A stretch of DNA of 64,000 nucleotides from positions 27,972-91,971 of the forward strand of contig CAZRBW010000003.1 in the NCBI GenBank assembly GCA_964598395.1. The letters run 5' to 3'. The notes under the pieces were generated by a model. It did not search any database, was not told where the DNA came from, and worked only from the letters and a program-made list of their open reading frames with translations. Below are positions 19,731 through 31,036 of the stretch, piece by piece. The stretch comes from an uncultured Roseivirgaceae bacterium (GTDB taxonomy: Bacteria; Bacteroidota; Bacteroidia; Cytophagales; Cyclobacteriaceae). Positions within the stretch are counted from its first letter, which is position 1. Every line of letters starts with the position of its first letter. Position numbers and translations under genes: made by a program.

Positions 19731-21056
19731 ATGAAAATGAAAAAAGTATTAGCAATTGTAGCGTTTTTTGTTGTGGGGATTTTTTCTACTCCACTTTTTG
19801 CGCAAGGCGGTTTCAACTGGCCTCCAGATGAAACATTAGCGCAGTCGGCGAAGGAAAAGTATGTACTGCATACAGATTCTAGAAAAATGGGTGATTACAA
19901 AACTGCTCATTCAACTTTAGTGTGGTTGTTGAAAAATACACCAGAATTAAGTGAGTCTTTATATATCTCTGGTCATAGAGTATTTGAAGAAATGGCTGAT
20001 GTTGAAGAAAGCGAAACTAGGAAGTATGAACTCCAAGATTCCGCTTTGATGCTTTATGACTTAAGAACAAAGTACTACGGAAATGAAGCAAATATTTTAA
20101 ATAGAAAGCTTATTCCTGCATATAAGTACCTTGCAAATAGGACTGATAAACTACAAGAATTGGTAAACGACTATACAAGGTTGTTTGAAATAGCTCCTGT
20201 AGGAGAAATCAATGATTTCCATATGTTGACGTATATTGATGCTGTTCGTCGTAATCAGAAAAACAATGGAGGGTCGTTGACTGATCCTGAAATCATGGCC
20301 ATTTACGATAAAGTAATGTCTGTGTACGAAGAGAAAATTCAGGATGCTAAGAATAAGGCGCAGCTTGAGGACATGAAAGGTCAGATTGATGGTGTTCTTG
20401 CAGATATGGTTACAATTGATTGTAAATTCATTGATGGTCAATTAGGCGATAAACTGAGAGCAAATCCAACTGACTTGGAAATGGCTAAAAAGATATTCAG
20501 CTATTCAATTACAGCTTCTTGTACTGATACTGATATATTCACTCAGGCAGCAAAAGTTTATTATGCAAGCGAACCACAATTGGCAGTTGCTAAAGTATTA
20601 GCATCAAGAGCTATTAGAGAAGAAAACTATGATGAAGGCTTGAAATACCTTAATGATGCTATCAAAATGTCTGAAGACAATGCTGAACAAGGTGAGTTAA
20701 CTATGCGAATTGCTGATATTGCATCTTTCAGAAACGAAAAAGGCAAAGCAAGAGAATTATATTTGAAGGCTGTGCAGATTGATCCTTCTTTGAAAGAAGC
20801 ATATTCTAAAATAGGCGATTTGATCTTGGGCAGCTACGATCAGTGTAAGCAAGAAAAAAGCAGAGTTGATGACAGAGCTATATTTATTGCGGCTTACGAT
20901 TATTACGTAAGAGGTGGCAATGGTCAAAGAGCTGCTCAAATGAAACAACAGTTCCCTACTGCTGAAATGATCTTTACTGAGGGCAAATCAGTAGGTGATG
21001 AAGTGAGAGTAGGATGTTGGATTGGAATGACTGTTAAGATTCAGAAAGCTGATTAA
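19731..21056 (+). CDS. Hypothetical secreted TPR-like protein
   Basis: 441-aa ORF with a signal peptide (…TPLFAQ) and a helical-repeat composition. I recognise no family. Confidence 0.6.
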   Translation: MKMKKVLAIVAFFVVGIFSTPLFAQGGFNWPPDETLAQSAKEKYVLHTDSRKMGDYKTAHSTLVWLLKNTPELSESLYISGHRVFEEMADVEESETRKYELQDSALMLYDLRTKYYGNEANILNRKLIPAYKYLANRTDKLQELVNDYTRLFEIAPVGEINDFHMLTYIDAVRRNQKNNGGSLTDPEIMAIYDKVMSVYEEKIQDAKNKAQLEDMKGQIDGVLADMVTIDCKFIDGQLGDKLRANPTDLEMAKKIFSYSITASCTDTDIFTQAAKVYYASEPQLAVAKVLASRAIREENYDEGLKYLNDAIKMSEDNAEQGELTMRIADIASFRNEKGKARELYLKAVQIDPSLKEAYSKIGDLILGSYDQCKQEKSRVDDRAIFIAAYDYYVRGGNGQRAAQMKQQFPTAEMIFTEGKSVGDEVRVGCWIGMTVKIQKAD

Positions 21057-21076
21057 AGCTCAATATATAAATAACA

Positions 21077-21106
21077 AAAGGCCGCAAATAGCGGCCTTTT
21101 TTGTTT
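21077..21106 (+). terminator. Rho-independent terminator
   Basis: aaaaggccgc-aaata-gcggcctttttt. Confidence 0.85.
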
Positions 21107-21383
21107 TAAAGAAAAACGAAATGATTGACGAGTTAGTTTTTAATGTCGTGGGGGTTTTTGCTAATTTTCTTATTTGGAAAAATCCAGATAGATAAAATTG
21201 CTAATATAAAGAGCGCAATAATTAAAAAGAGCATTGCCATGATTCAGAATATTTTGTTCAGGGCAAAAGTAATAAAAACTTACAAATTATTGGCTTAAAA
21301 AATAATTTACATTCATGCCGTACTATTAGCAACTAATGTCTAATTTTGTCCGGCAAATAAGGAATCCATTAGAATTATTTGCT

Positions 21384-22856
21384 ATGTCTTTCGAAAACTC
21401 AAAAATTGCCTACGAAGCACTCACCTATGAGGATGTGCTATTGGCTCCAGGTTACTCAGAAATTCTTCCAAGAGAGACTGACACAACCACCCGCCTCACG
21501 AGGAATATTACTTTAAACATCCCACTTATTTCATCTGCAATGGATACAGTTACCGAAACTGATCTCGCTATTGCAATGGCTTTAGAAGGTGGAATGGGCT
21601 TTATTCACAAAAATATGCCTAAAGAAATGCAGGCAGAGCAAGTGAGAAAAGTTAAACGATCGCAGAGTGGTTTAATCATTGACCCAATTACGCTTCCTTT
21701 TGATGCTACTATAGGTGATGCGAATCGTATCATGAGAGAATTCAAAATCGGTGGTATTCCAGTAATTGATGATAACAACACATTGATCGGTATAATCACA
21801 AATCGTGATTTGCGTTTTCAGAAAAATATGAGTCGTCCAATTAAAGAAGTGATGACAACTGAAAATTTGATTACAGCTAGCGTGGGAATTTCTTTGCTTC
21901 AGGCGGAGGATATATTGCAGGAATATAAAATAGAGAAGCTACCTATTGTTGATAAAAATGGAAAGCTCACGGGCCTGATTACCTATAAAGACATTCTGAA
22001 AAGAAAGGATAAGCCAAATGCCTGTAAGGATGAGTATGGAAGACTTAGAGTTGGAGCTGCAGTTGGTGTAACACCAGATATACTAGAGCGAATAGAGGCG
22101 CTCAAAACGGCTGGGGTGGATGTGATTTCTATTGACACTGCACATGGGCATTCCAAAGGGGTGATAGATGCTGCCAAAAAGGTAAAAGCCCGTTTTCCTG
22201 AATTAGATTTGATTGTGGGTAATGTTGCAACTGCTGAAGGTGCTAGAGCATTGGCAGATGCAGGTGCAGATGCGGTGAAAGTAGGAGTTGGTCCGGGAAG
22301 TATTTGTACAACAAGGATCATCGCTGGTGTGGGTGTTCCACAGCTTTCGGCAGTAATGGAAGCTGCAAAAGGTTTGGAAGGCACTGGTGTTCCATTGATC
22401 GCTGATGGTGGCGTTCGCTACTCAGGCGATCTGGTGAAAGGATTAGCGGGAGGTGCTGACAGTGTTATGATAGGCAGCTTGCTTGCGGGTACAGAAGAAG
22501 CTCCTGGCGAAGTAATCATTTACGAAGGAAGGAAATTCAAAAGCTACCGTGGCATGGGCTCATTAGAAGCAATGGAAGATGGATCTAAAGATAGATACTT
22601 CCAAGATGCCGAGGATGATATTAAAAAATTAGTGCCTGAAGGAATCGTTGGCCGTGTTCCATTCAAAGGTTCTGTAGCAGAAGTACTTTACCAATTGGTT
22701 GGTGGACTTAAAGCAGGAATGGGTTATTGTGGCTCAAAGGATATTGCTTCACTAAGAGATGCTAAGTTTGTGAAGATCACCTCGGCAGGCGTTAGAGAAA
22801 GTCACCCTCATGATGTACATGTAACTAGAGAGGCACCAAATTATAGCCTCAGATAA
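21384..22856 (+). CDS. guaB: IMP dehydrogenase
   Basis: The N-terminus [20 protein letters not shown] matches the canonical GuaB start. It has a CBS pair and the catalytic loop [11 protein letters not shown]. The track ORF start (21336) is a 16-aa extension. Confidence 0.95.
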   Translation: MSFENSKIAYEALTYEDVLLAPGYSEILPRETDTTTRLTRNITLNIPLISSAMDTVTETDLAIAMALEGGMGFIHKNMPKEMQAEQVRKVKRSQSGLIIDPITLPFDATIGDANRIMREFKIGGIPVIDDNNTLIGIITNRDLRFQKNMSRPIKEVMTTENLITASVGISLLQAEDILQEYKIEKLPIVDKNGKLTGLITYKDILKRKDKPNACKDEYGRLRVGAAVGVTPDILERIEALKTAGVDVISIDTAHGHSKGVIDAAKKVKARFPELDLIVGNVATAEGARALADAGADAVKVGVGPGSICTTRIIAGVGVPQLSAVMEAAKGLEGTGVPLIADGGVRYSGDLVKGLAGGADSVMIGSLLAGTEEAPGEVIIYEGRKFKSYRGMGSLEAMEDGSKDRYFQDAEDDIKKLVPEGIVGRVPFKGSVAEVLYQLVGGLKAGMGYCGSKDIASLRDAKFVKITSAGVRESHPHDVHVTREAPNYSLR

Positions 22857-22878
22857 AACATATTTTAAGGTTTAAATA

Positions 22879-22915
22879 AAAAAGGGATTCGCTAGCTAGC
22901 GAATCCCTTTTTTAT
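22879..22915. terminator. Bidirectional terminator between guaB and secDF
   Basis: 15-bp perfect palindromic stem aaagggattcgctag/ctagcgaatcccttt, flanked by A-runs and T-runs. Confidence 0.85.
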
Positions 22916-22931
22916 TGAATTTAATTTTTGA

Positions 22932-25900
22932 TTAAGCTTTTGAAGGCGCTGAAGCTGCTGCTTCAGCAGCTTTTTTCTGAGCCTTAGCCAAAGACTTACT
23001 TGTTAAGTCCACTACAAGTGGAGCTGCAATGTAAATCGAAGAATATGTACCAACTAGAATACCGATAAGGATTGAGAAAGAGAATCCTCTTAATACTTCG
23101 CCACCAAATATTAGTAGAATCACCATTACCAATAAAGTAGTTGTAGAAGTAATAATAGTACGACTGATTGTATCATTAATTGCCTCATTAAATACTTTCT
23201 CGAAGTTTTTCGATAATGTATTTTCAAGGTTTTCTCTGATACGGTCAAATACAATTACTGTATCGTTGATTGAGTAACCAATTACCGTAAGCATCGCAGC
23301 GATAAATACTTGATCCACCTCAAAGGCAAAACCAAATGCTCTAGCAATAGCGAATGCTGAAAGTACAATCATAACATCATGGAAGAGAGCGATAATTGCA
23401 CCTAAGCCAAACTGCCATTTTCTAAATCTGATAAAGATGTAAAGGAAAATAGCAATCAAGGAAAGGATAATAGACTCAATTGAGCTTTTCTTAATGTCAT
23501 CAGCGATAGTTCCACTTACTTTGGATTTACTCGAGATTGTGAAGAATCCATCACCTACTTTGCTATCATCAGCATTAAAGGTAAGTCCAGTATGACTTTC
23601 CAATCCAGCAATCAAAGCAGATTCTACATTGTCATCAGCTTCTTCACTAGTTTCAGTAATTAAGTAGCTGGTAGTTATTTTCAAAACATTGTTGCCACCG
23701 TAAGTTTTCACTTCTGTTCCAGCATTTTCAAACTGATCACCCAAAGCAATTTTTGTTTCTGTTGCAGACTGTGGGGTTGGGAAAGTCACCACAAATGAGC
23801 GACCACCAGTGAAATCAACACCAAGATTTAATCCCTGCTGAAAGATAATTAAGATTATACCTATGCCAATCACAACGGAAGAAGCAATGTATGCTTTTCT
23901 TCTTTTTGACATGAAATCAATATTGATATTTTTCAACAAGTCTTTTGACCAAGCAAAAGAGAAATCAAGTTTGGTAGAATCACCTTTGCGAGACATCCAC
24001 TCAATCACTACCCTAGTGATAAATACTGCTGAGAAGAAAGAACAGATGATACCAATAATTAGCGTGATAGCGAATCCTTTAACTGGACCTTGACCCATTG
24101 TGTAAAGGATGATACCAGTTAACAATGTAGTAACGTTTGCATCTATAATTGAGCTGTAGGCTTTCTCATAACCTAATTTAATAGCGTTTAAGAGATTTAC
24201 TCCTTTGCCTAGTTCCTCCCTAATCCTTTCAAAAATAAGTACGTTTGCATCAATCGACATACCAATAATTAGTACAATACCAGCAATACCAGGCAGGGTA
24301 AGAGCAGCATTGAGTTGAGCCAATATACCCACGATAAAGAACATGTTGAAAACCAATGCAAGGATAGCGACAGCTCCACCTTTGGCATAGTATGCAAACA
24401 TAAATACTACAACTAAAGCCAATCCCACAATGATGGAAATAATGCCTTGTGATTGAGCTTCTTTACCTAGTGTTGGGCCGATAATGCCATATTCAACAAT
24501 TTGAGTAGGAGCTGGTAATGCACCTGCTTTTAATAAATTCGCAAGGTCTCTAGCTTCGTTTATTTCGAAGTTACCTGTGATTTCTGAGCTTCCTCCAGAG
24601 ATTTCACTCTGTACTGTAGGTGCTGTAAGCACATAGTTATCAAGTACGATGGCTACTCTTTTGCCAATATTCTCTCCAGTAATTCTTCTCCAGCTTTTAG
24701 CACCATTAGAGTTCATGGTCATGCTAATTGCAGGTCTTGATCTTTGATCGAAGGACTGTCGAGCATCTGTAATTACGTCACCACCTAATGCAGGCTCAGA
24801 GTTGCGACCTTTTTTCAAGGCGATTAACTCTAAAGTTTCAGAGCCATCTGCCTCTACTGCTGGACTAATTGTCCATGCGAATGACAAATTATTGTTAAGT
24901 AAGGCTCTTACTTCATTTCTTTCAAGAATTCTATTGATTCTAGCTGTATCCCTTACAGAATAAGCCAGTCCAAACTGTGATCTATTTAAAGAAAGCAAAG
25001 GCGAAACTTGACTGCCTAAAAGGTCCTGATCTGTATCTTGGGCCAATTCTGCTTCTAAGTCACTTACACCTGTTGTATCACCTTCTAATACTTCTTGTTC
25101 GTCAGATAGTTCATCAGCTAAAGGAGTGACAGGAGTAGTAGAAGTTTTAGCTTTTTCTTCGGCAACAAGAAAATCATTTACGGATTGAATAGATGATCCA
25201 TATTCTTGAATATCCCAAACTTCCCAGAACTCTAGCTTGGCAACACCTTGCAAAAGTCTTTTTACTCTTTCAGGGTTATCTACACCAGGTAATTCAATTT
25301 GGATACGACCACTGCCTTGTAGCTTTTGGATACTTGGCTGAGAAGTACCGAAACGGTCAATTCTAGTTCTTAAAATGTTGAATGAACGATCAATTGCATC
25401 TTCAACTTCTTTGTTGATTTCTGCTAAGATGTCATTATCTGAAGTATTAAAGTCAAACCTCCCGCTATTTGCTGCAGTTGCAAAAATGTTTGCTAGTGAC
25501 TGGTCAGGATTGTTTTCTTTGAAAGCATTGTAAAAATGGTTGGTATAATTACCACCTTGTTCACGCACTCTTATATTTGCTTGAGCTATTGCATTTTCTA
25601 CCTCTTGGCCAGAATTTCTTCCAGCTAATCCACGAATAATATCCGATGGATCGATTTCAAGGGTTACTTGCATACCACCTTGCAAATCAAGTCCAAGACC
25701 TAACTCAGTTTCTTTTACTTCTTGGAATGTATATGCAATTCCAAATAGGTTGTAAACTGGCTCTCTCCATACGGAGTCCAAGTATTGTTGTTTTTTAGTA
25801 AAATCGATATTGCCTGCTTCGTCTGTTGCATATTCTGTAGCATTTTGTTGTACAGAGCTAGATACAAATGTGAAAGACAAGTAGTATAAACACAGAAGTG

Positions 25901-25943
25901 TTGTAACTATCGAGATGAATATAACTCCACCTTTGTTACGCAT
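22932..25943 (-). CDS. secDF: Protein translocase subunit SecDF (fused)
   Basis: 1003-aa polytopic protein with SecD and SecF halves. Fusion is typical of Bacteroidota. Confidence 0.95.
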   Translation of the reverse strand: MRNKGGVIFISIVTTLLCLYYLSFTFVSSSVQQNATEYATDEAGNIDFTKKQQYLDSVWREPVYNLFGIAYTFQEVKETELGLGLDLQGGMQVTLEIDPSDIIRGLAGRNSGQEVENAIAQANIRVREQGGNYTNHFYNAFKENNPDQSLANIFATAANSGRFDFNTSDNDILAEINKEVEDAIDRSFNILRTRIDRFGTSQPSIQKLQGSGRIQIELPGVDNPERVKRLLQGVAKLEFWEVWDIQEYGSSIQSVNDFLVAEEKAKTSTTPVTPLADELSDEQEVLEGDTTGVSDLEAELAQDTDQDLLGSQVSPLLSLNRSQFGLAYSVRDTARINRILERNEVRALLNNNLSFAWTISPAVEADGSETLELIALKKGRNSEPALGGDVITDARQSFDQRSRPAISMTMNSNGAKSWRRITGENIGKRVAIVLDNYVLTAPTVQSEISGGSSEITGNFEINEARDLANLLKAGALPAPTQIVEYGIIGPTLGKEAQSQGIISIIVGLALVVVFMFAYYAKGGAVAILALVFNMFFIVGILAQLNAALTLPGIAGIVLIIGMSIDANVLIFERIREELGKGVNLLNAIKLGYEKAYSSIIDANVTTLLTGIILYTMGQGPVKGFAITLIIGIICSFFSAVFITRVVIEWMSRKGDSTKLDFSFAWSKDLLKNINIDFMSKRRKAYIASSVVIGIGIILIIFQQGLNLGVDFTGGRSFVVTFPTPQSATETKIALGDQFENAGTEVKTYGGNNVLKITTSYLITETSEEADDNVESALIAGLESHTGLTFNADDSKVGDGFFTISSKSKVSGTIADDIKKSSIESIILSLIAIFLYIFIRFRKWQFGLGAIIALFHDVMIVLSAFAIARAFGFAFEVDQVFIAAMLTVIGYSINDTVIVFDRIRENLENTLSKNFEKVFNEAINDTISRTIITSTTTLLVMVILLIFGGEVLRGFSFSILIGILVGTYSSIYIAAPLVVDLTSKSLAKAQKKAAEAAASAPSKA

Positions 25944-26012
25944 AATTGTAAAATTTAGAAATGGTAAAATGTGAAATGTAATAAAAACTTTGATCTAGGA
26001 AATTAGATCCGT

Positions 26013-26387
26013 TTATGGGGCATTAGGCGAAATAATTCGTCTAAAAAGGACTTTCGAAAATCTAACTATAGGCTCGGGAGTGAGCACTTTAGTCCATACT
26101 ATTTTCTTCTCCTGCAATGGAGATTCCCATAGTAAAGATACTTCTTGATTTTTGTTGAGTTGCTTTAATACTGGAACTGTAGCCTCATATGAGCTGACTT
26201 GAACTTCCGTAGTATTTTCATTCTTTGATTCATCATCCGCAAATTGAGTTGAATTTTGTTGATGAGAATTTGCCGAAATCACAATAATAGAAGCAGGCTG
26301 AACTACAATAATGAACAATGCAGTGAATAGGGCTGCAAGCATAATTGCTGATTTCTTCAGTTGTTCTATTTTGTTTGTGGTTTTCAT
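26013..26387 (-). CDS. Hypothetical membrane-anchored protein
   Basis: 124-aa ORF with one N-terminal TM helix. No recognisable family. Confidence 0.5.
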   Translation of the reverse strand: MKTTNKIEQLKKSAIMLAALFTALFIIVVQPASIIVISANSHQQNSTQFADDESKNENTTEVQVSSYEATVPVLKQLNKNQEVSLLWESPLQEKKIVWTKVLTPEPIVRFSKVLFRRIISPNAP

Positions 26388-26473
26388 TTAGGCCTACAAA
26401 ACTATAAAGCTTTTGTCAATTCGCAATAGCTGGAGGGAATTGTTTCTTGAATAGCCTACTAAAAATCAATCTT

Positions 26474-27103
26474 TTAAAGATTTTTCAACTTGTGATTGAG
26501 ATAAACGACCAAAACATCCATTGCATTTTTGAAATGGTTGTTGTTGGGAATCACCAAGTCAGCGTCGCTTTTGAATGGGGCAATGTACTTTTCGTAAGTA
26601 GGTGCAACATGGCGATCGTAGCGGTAGAGTACATCTTCCAGATCGTAACCACGTTCATCACGGTCGCGGATAATTCTTCTTGAGAGCTTAATATATTCTT
26701 TGGCGTCGATAAAAACTTTGAGATCGAGTAAACTTGCAACCTCTGGATAGTAAAACACAAAAATACCTTCTACTACAATTATAGGGGCTGGTGAGAAGGT
26801 CAACACTTCTGGTTTAGCTGAGGGATTGTTAAAAGAATATTCAAGCTTACTTACTGTTCGACCAGCAAGTAGCTCTCGTATATCATGAGCAAATTGCTCA
26901 TAATCTATTGAGTTAGGAGTGTCAAAATTTTTGACGCCCATGTCGTCAATTGGCTGCAATTCGCGAGCACGGTAGTAATTGTCTTGGGAGATAAGGCATA
27001 TCTCCTTATTTGGGAAAGACTTCAATAGGGTGTTGAGGAATAATGTTTTTCCCGATGCGCTACCACCTGTAATGCCTATAATGTATGGTTTGGTCATCAT
27101 CAA
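26474..27103 (-). CDS. udk: Uridine kinase
   Basis: P-loop GITGGSASGKT plus Udk-like motifs. Overlaps rdgB by 4 nt. Confidence 0.9.
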   Translation of the reverse strand: MMMTKPYIIGITGGSASGKTLFLNTLLKSFPNKEICLISQDNYYRARELQPIDDMGVKNFDTPNSIDYEQFAHDIRELLAGRTVSKLEYSFNNPSAKPEVLTFSPAPIIVVEGIFVFYYPEVASLLDLKVFIDAKEYIKLSRRIIRDRDERGYDLEDVLYRYDRHVAPTYEKYIAPFKSDADLVIPNNNHFKNAMDVLVVYLNHKLKNL

Positions 27104-27690
27104 GCTTTGTCTATATCGTTTTGCTTGAGGAAATCAACGAGCTTTTTGACGGCAATTGCTCTATGACTAATTTTATTCTTTTCTTGGCGACTCATCTCAG
27201 CAAAAGTACAATCATATCCATCAGGAACAAAAATAGGGTCATAGCCAAAGCCGTCTTTTCCTCTCATTTCGTTGATAATTTTTCCTTTTACTATCCCTGT
27301 GAATTGTACTTCACCATTTTTCCAAGTTAAGGTTATCACGGTTTTGAATTGTGCTGTTCGATTTGTCTTCCCATCCAAATTTTTCAAAAGCTTTTGCATA
27401 TTAGCAAGGTCACTTCTCTCACCTCCCGCATATCTCGCCGAATATACGCCAGGTGCTCCATCGAGTGCCTCAACTTCTAATCCCGAATCATCTGCAAAGC
27501 TGGGCATTCCAAATTTCTCAAAACTAAAGTGAGCTTTCAGCCTAGAATTTCCTTCAAGTGTATTTTCAGTTTCTGGGATATCCTCCAGATAATTCAAATC
27601 ATGTAAATTCAAAATCTCAAATTGATCGCCCAATAGCTGATTTACTTCTTTGGTTTTATTGATATTTTGGCTAGCGAAACAGATTTTCAT
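27100..27690 (-). CDS. rdgB: RdgB/HAM1 family non-canonical purine NTP pyrophosphatase
   Basis: Has FASQNINKTKE, the FGYDPIF motif and KISHR. Confidence 0.9.
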   Translation of the reverse strand: MKICFASQNINKTKEVNQLLGDQFEILNLHDLNYLEDIPETENTLEGNSRLKAHFSFEKFGMPSFADDSGLEVEALDGAPGVYSARYAGGERSDLANMQKLLKNLDGKTNRTAQFKTVITLTWKNGEVQFTGIVKGKIINEMRGKDGFGYDPIFVPDGYDCTFAEMSRQEKNKISHRAIAVKKLVDFLKQNDIDKA

Positions 27691-27815
27691 ATTCGTGAAT
27701 TGGAAAGTAATTAAAGATGATTTTATCTAAAAAATGTTTCTATCCAACATTTTCATTGGAAATGGAGCGGGAGGTAAAAGAAAAAGGTGCCCAACTTGGA
27801 CACCTTTTGTTTTAT

Positions 27816-28346
27816 TTACGGCCTAACCGAAATTAGGTGAACATCGAAAACTAAAATTCCTCTATCTGGTATAAGTCCGCCAGGCGAATAAGCACCATAA
27901 GCCAATGGCGAAGGCACATAAAATGTAGCTCTGCCATTTTCTTTTAAGTATTGGAAGCCGATATCCCAGCCTTCGATCACTGCACCAGTTTGATATCTAA
28001 ACTCAAATGGGACATAGGCTCTGCTAGGATTAAATATTTGGGCAGTTCTTGCAACTTGCTCATAGCTTGTATCGAAAACCACACCATTAAGTAATTTGCC
28101 GGTGTAGTTCACCCTGAGGATATTGCCAGCTGTAGGAATATTACCCGCTCCAGGTTCGTGAATTACGTAAAACAAACCTTTATTGTGAAATTGGGCTGTA
28201 ATATTATTAGCTGTAAAATACTCTTGCAAAACTTGGATATCATCTTCTAATTGCTTTTCGGGATCATACAAGTCATTATCGCTAAAACAAGCTGATTGTA
28301 ATAGTACCAATGCAGAAAAGGCTGCCAGAGCAAAAATTTTATTCAT
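27816..28346 (-). CDS. FKBP-type peptidyl-prolyl cis-trans isomerase (lipoprotein)
   Basis: C-terminal FKBP domain (VIEGWDIGF, PSPLAYG) and a signal with Cys. Confidence 0.85.
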   Translation of the reverse strand: MNKIFALAAFSALVLLQSACFSDNDLYDPEKQLEDDIQVLQEYFTANNITAQFHNKGLFYVIHEPGAGNIPTAGNILRVNYTGKLLNGVVFDTSYEQVARTAQIFNPSRAYVPFEFRYQTGAVIEGWDIGFQYLKENGRATFYVPSPLAYGAYSPGGLIPDRGILVFDVHLISVRP

Positions 28347-28351
28347 CTAAA

Positions 28352-29287
28352 TTATTTTTTGATTATGTCAACCATTTCAACGTCAAACATCAGAATTGAG
28401 TTTTCTGTGATTTCGGCACTACGTGCTTGTGGGCCATATGCCAAAGGAGAAGGTATATAAATTGTACCTTTAGAGCCTTTTGGAAACATCATTAGACCTT
28501 CGTCCCATCCACGGATAACCATACCTTGACCAACCGTAAATTGTAGAGGCTCATATGTTCTTTCTTCGTTGAATTTACCAACTTCCTTTGCTATATTTTC
28601 AATGCTAGTATCGAAAACGGTACCGTTCAGCAATTTGCCTACATAGTGCACTTTTACCTCGTCTCCAGCTGCAGGTAGTGGACCTGAGCCTGGCTGAGAT
28701 ATTACATACCTTAAGCCATTTTCAGCTATGTTTGCAGAAATTCCATTATCAGAAAGATATTGATCTATGATGCCAATATCTGTTGTTAGTTGCAATGCGA
28801 TCATTTCATCAGCTTCTCTTTGACTTTTTTCCATAAACTCTTGCTGTAATGCCATGATACCTTCTTCATCAGTAATAGAAGTTACACCCATCATCACAGT
28901 GAGCATGTCATTTGCAGAAAGTCCAGGAGGTAAATTTTGCTCATAAATATCTTCTGCTGTAAGCTTAATGTGAAGACTATCACCTGCTTTTTTGCCTAAA
29001 AGGAATGCTTCTTCCACCTTGTTTTTTGCTGGAAGCGAATCGCTAACTGCAAAAATATTAGGGAAACCACTTTCAATTGAACTGAAGAGTACAGAATCAT
29101 TTGAATTCCTAAGCTCAAGATTCATGACAAGAAACTGTCCATCCTTTACTTCATCGCCAGTACCTTTGTTGATGTAGGTATAGCTTATACCAGAAGCTGT
29201 TTTTTGTTCAGATTGTGAATCACATGCTGAAATGATAGCTGTTAGTGCAATTATTGTTGCAATCCAGCCGGCTGATTTTAAACTCAT
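28352..29287 (-). CDS. FKBP-type peptidyl-prolyl cis-trans isomerase with N-terminal extension
   Basis: C-terminal FKBP domain (VIRGWDEGL, PSPLAYG) and a lipoprotein-type signal (IISAC). Confidence 0.85.
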   Translation of the reverse strand: MSLKSAGWIATIIALTAIISACDSQSEQKTASGISYTYINKGTGDEVKDGQFLVMNLELRNSNDSVLFSSIESGFPNIFAVSDSLPAKNKVEEAFLLGKKAGDSLHIKLTAEDIYEQNLPPGLSANDMLTVMMGVTSITDEEGIMALQQEFMEKSQREADEMIALQLTTDIGIIDQYLSDNGISANIAENGLRYVISQPGSGPLPAAGDEVKVHYVGKLLNGTVFDTSIENIAKEVGKFNEERTYEPLQFTVGQGMVIRGWDEGLMMFPKGSKGTIYIPSPLAYGPQARSAEITENSILMFDVEMVDIIKK

Positions 29288-29298
29288 TATTGGTTTAT

Positions 29299-30312
29299 TT
29301 AATTGTTTATAAGTTGTTCTTTAACTTCAATAAGGGCATTTTTGAATTTAGTTACCGTCTCTTCTAGGCTTGTGGTTGATTGACCGCCCGCCGCATTTTT
29401 ATGTCCGCCACCTTCAAAATAGGTTCTTGCAAAGTCATTTACAGAAAAATTTCCTACAGATCGAAAGGACATTTTAACAGCAACGGCTCTATCGATAATT
29501 ACTGCTGCAAACACAATTCCGTTTATAGAAAGTGCATAATTCACTATTCCTTCAGTATCACCAGTTTTAGATGAAAATTTCTTCAAATCTTCTTGGTCGA
29601 TTACGAAGTAGGCAGTTTTCAATTCGGGCAATACAATTAGCTTTTGTGAAAGTGCATAACCCAAAAATTGAAGTCTCTCCACTGAATTATTATCGTAAAT
29701 CAATTTGGAAACTTTGGAGACATCCACACCCATATCTATCAATTCTGCAGTAATCAAGTGCACCTTTTTGGTTGTGTTGGGATGCTTAAATGATCCAGTA
29801 TCAGTCATTATTCCAGCATATATCGCTTCACCTATAGAAGCATCTATAAGTTCAGGATCTCCAAAATGGTGAATTAAATCGAAGATCAGTTCCGCTGTAG
29901 AAGCAGCACTAGTATCGTGCAATACATAATCAGCAAAATCTTCTGGCTCAGGGTGATGGTCGATATGAAGTTTTTTACCTCTCGCCTTTCTTACAAGGTC
30001 GCCCATTTCATTGATTCGCTTTAGCACTGGGAAGTCCAAACATACAATTAGTTCGGCTTCTTCTATTAGCTTGGCAGATCTTTCTTGATTTCCTTCTTCA
30101 AATATAATTACCTCATCATTTCCCGACATCCAATTCAAAAAATTGGGATAATCTGTAGGAGTGATTACGGTAACTTGGTGATTCTTTTTATTTAAATAAC
30201 CTGCCAATCCCAACGATGAGCCTAATGCATCCGCATCCGGCTTATGGTGAGTTGTAATAACCACTTTTCGCGGGGTTTGTAGGAATTCTATTAAACCATT
30301 TAGTTTTTGCAT
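29299..30312 (-). CDS. nrnA: DHH-family phosphoesterase (NrnA-like oligoribonuclease/pAp phosphatase)
   Basis: Has DHH motifs (HHKPDADALGS, DHHP) and the DHHA1 GGGHKNAAG motif. Confidence 0.85.
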   Translation of the reverse strand: MQKLNGLIEFLQTPRKVVITTHHKPDADALGSSLGLAGYLNKKNHQVTVITPTDYPNFLNWMSGNDEVIIFEEGNQERSAKLIEEAELIVCLDFPVLKRINEMGDLVRKARGKKLHIDHHPEPEDFADYVLHDTSAASTAELIFDLIHHFGDPELIDASIGEAIYAGIMTDTGSFKHPNTTKKVHLITAELIDMGVDVSKVSKLIYDNNSVERLQFLGYALSQKLIVLPELKTAYFVIDQEDLKKFSSKTGDTEGIVNYALSINGIVFAAVIIDRAVAVKMSFRSVGNFSVNDFARTYFEGGGHKNAAGGQSTTSLEETVTKFKNALIEVKEQLINN

Positions 30313-30493
30313 GCTTTAGTTCAAACCGGAATTTACCCCGCTTGTTGTTAGACAAGATGCAAAACTGAGAAGAAAATTTGACAATCAAAAAAATGGCATT
30401 TCGGCGCCATAAAATTGATCAAATTTTGAAATGCTTAGGGCAATAAGATTTAATGTTCTAATTTTGCTGCCGAATTAACAAAATATATTCAAA

Positions 30494-30913
30494 ATGTCAG
30501 GAAACAAGACTTTTACGATGTTGAAGCCGGATGCCACAGGCGCAAATAATTCCGGTGCAATTATCAAAATGATGGAAGAAGCAGGCTTCAAAATTGTAGC
30601 CATGAAAAGAACTCGAATGACAGCGGAGGTTGCTGGGCAATTTTACGCTGTGCACAGCGAAAGACCATTCTACGCTGATTTGTGTGCGTATATGTCGTCT
30701 GGCCCAATCGTGGCTATGATTTTGGAAAAGGACAATGCAGTTGCAGACTTCCGTACTTTAATTGGCGCTACTGATCCAGCTAAAGCTGAAAAAGGTACCA
30801 TCCGTAACTTATTTGCCAAGTCTATTGAAGCAAATGCAGTTCACGGTTCTGATTCGGACGAGAATGCTGAAATCGAAGGTAACTTCTTTTTCTCCGCTCT
30901 TGAGAGATTCTAA
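30494..30913 (+). CDS. ndk: Nucleoside-diphosphate kinase
   Basis: 139 aa with the active-site region NAVHGSDS. Confidence 0.95.
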   Translation: MSGNKTFTMLKPDATGANNSGAIIKMMEEAGFKIVAMKRTRMTAEVAGQFYAVHSERPFYADLCAYMSSGPIVAMILEKDNAVADFRTLIGATDPAKAEKGTIRNLFAKSIEANAVHGSDSDENAEIEGNFFFSALERF

Positions 30914-30937
30914 TCCATCGAATTTATTGGAATAAAG

Positions 30938-30969
30938 AAAACGAAGGCTGATCCAGTCTTCGTTTTTTT
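30938..30969 (+). terminator. Rho-independent terminator after ndk
   Basis: Hairpin acgaaggctg/cagtcttcgt followed by T7. Confidence 0.85.
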
Positions 30970-31000
30970 GTGCCCTAGATTGAGAATTTTAAAGACATAA

Positions 31001-31030
31001 AAAAACCCTTCTCAATAATGAAAAGGGTTT
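31001..31030 (-). terminator. Rho-independent terminator after tRNA-His
   Basis: On the minus strand, aaaccctt/aagggttt hairpin followed by TTTTTTT. Confidence 0.75.
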
Positions 31031-31036
31031 CTAAAA

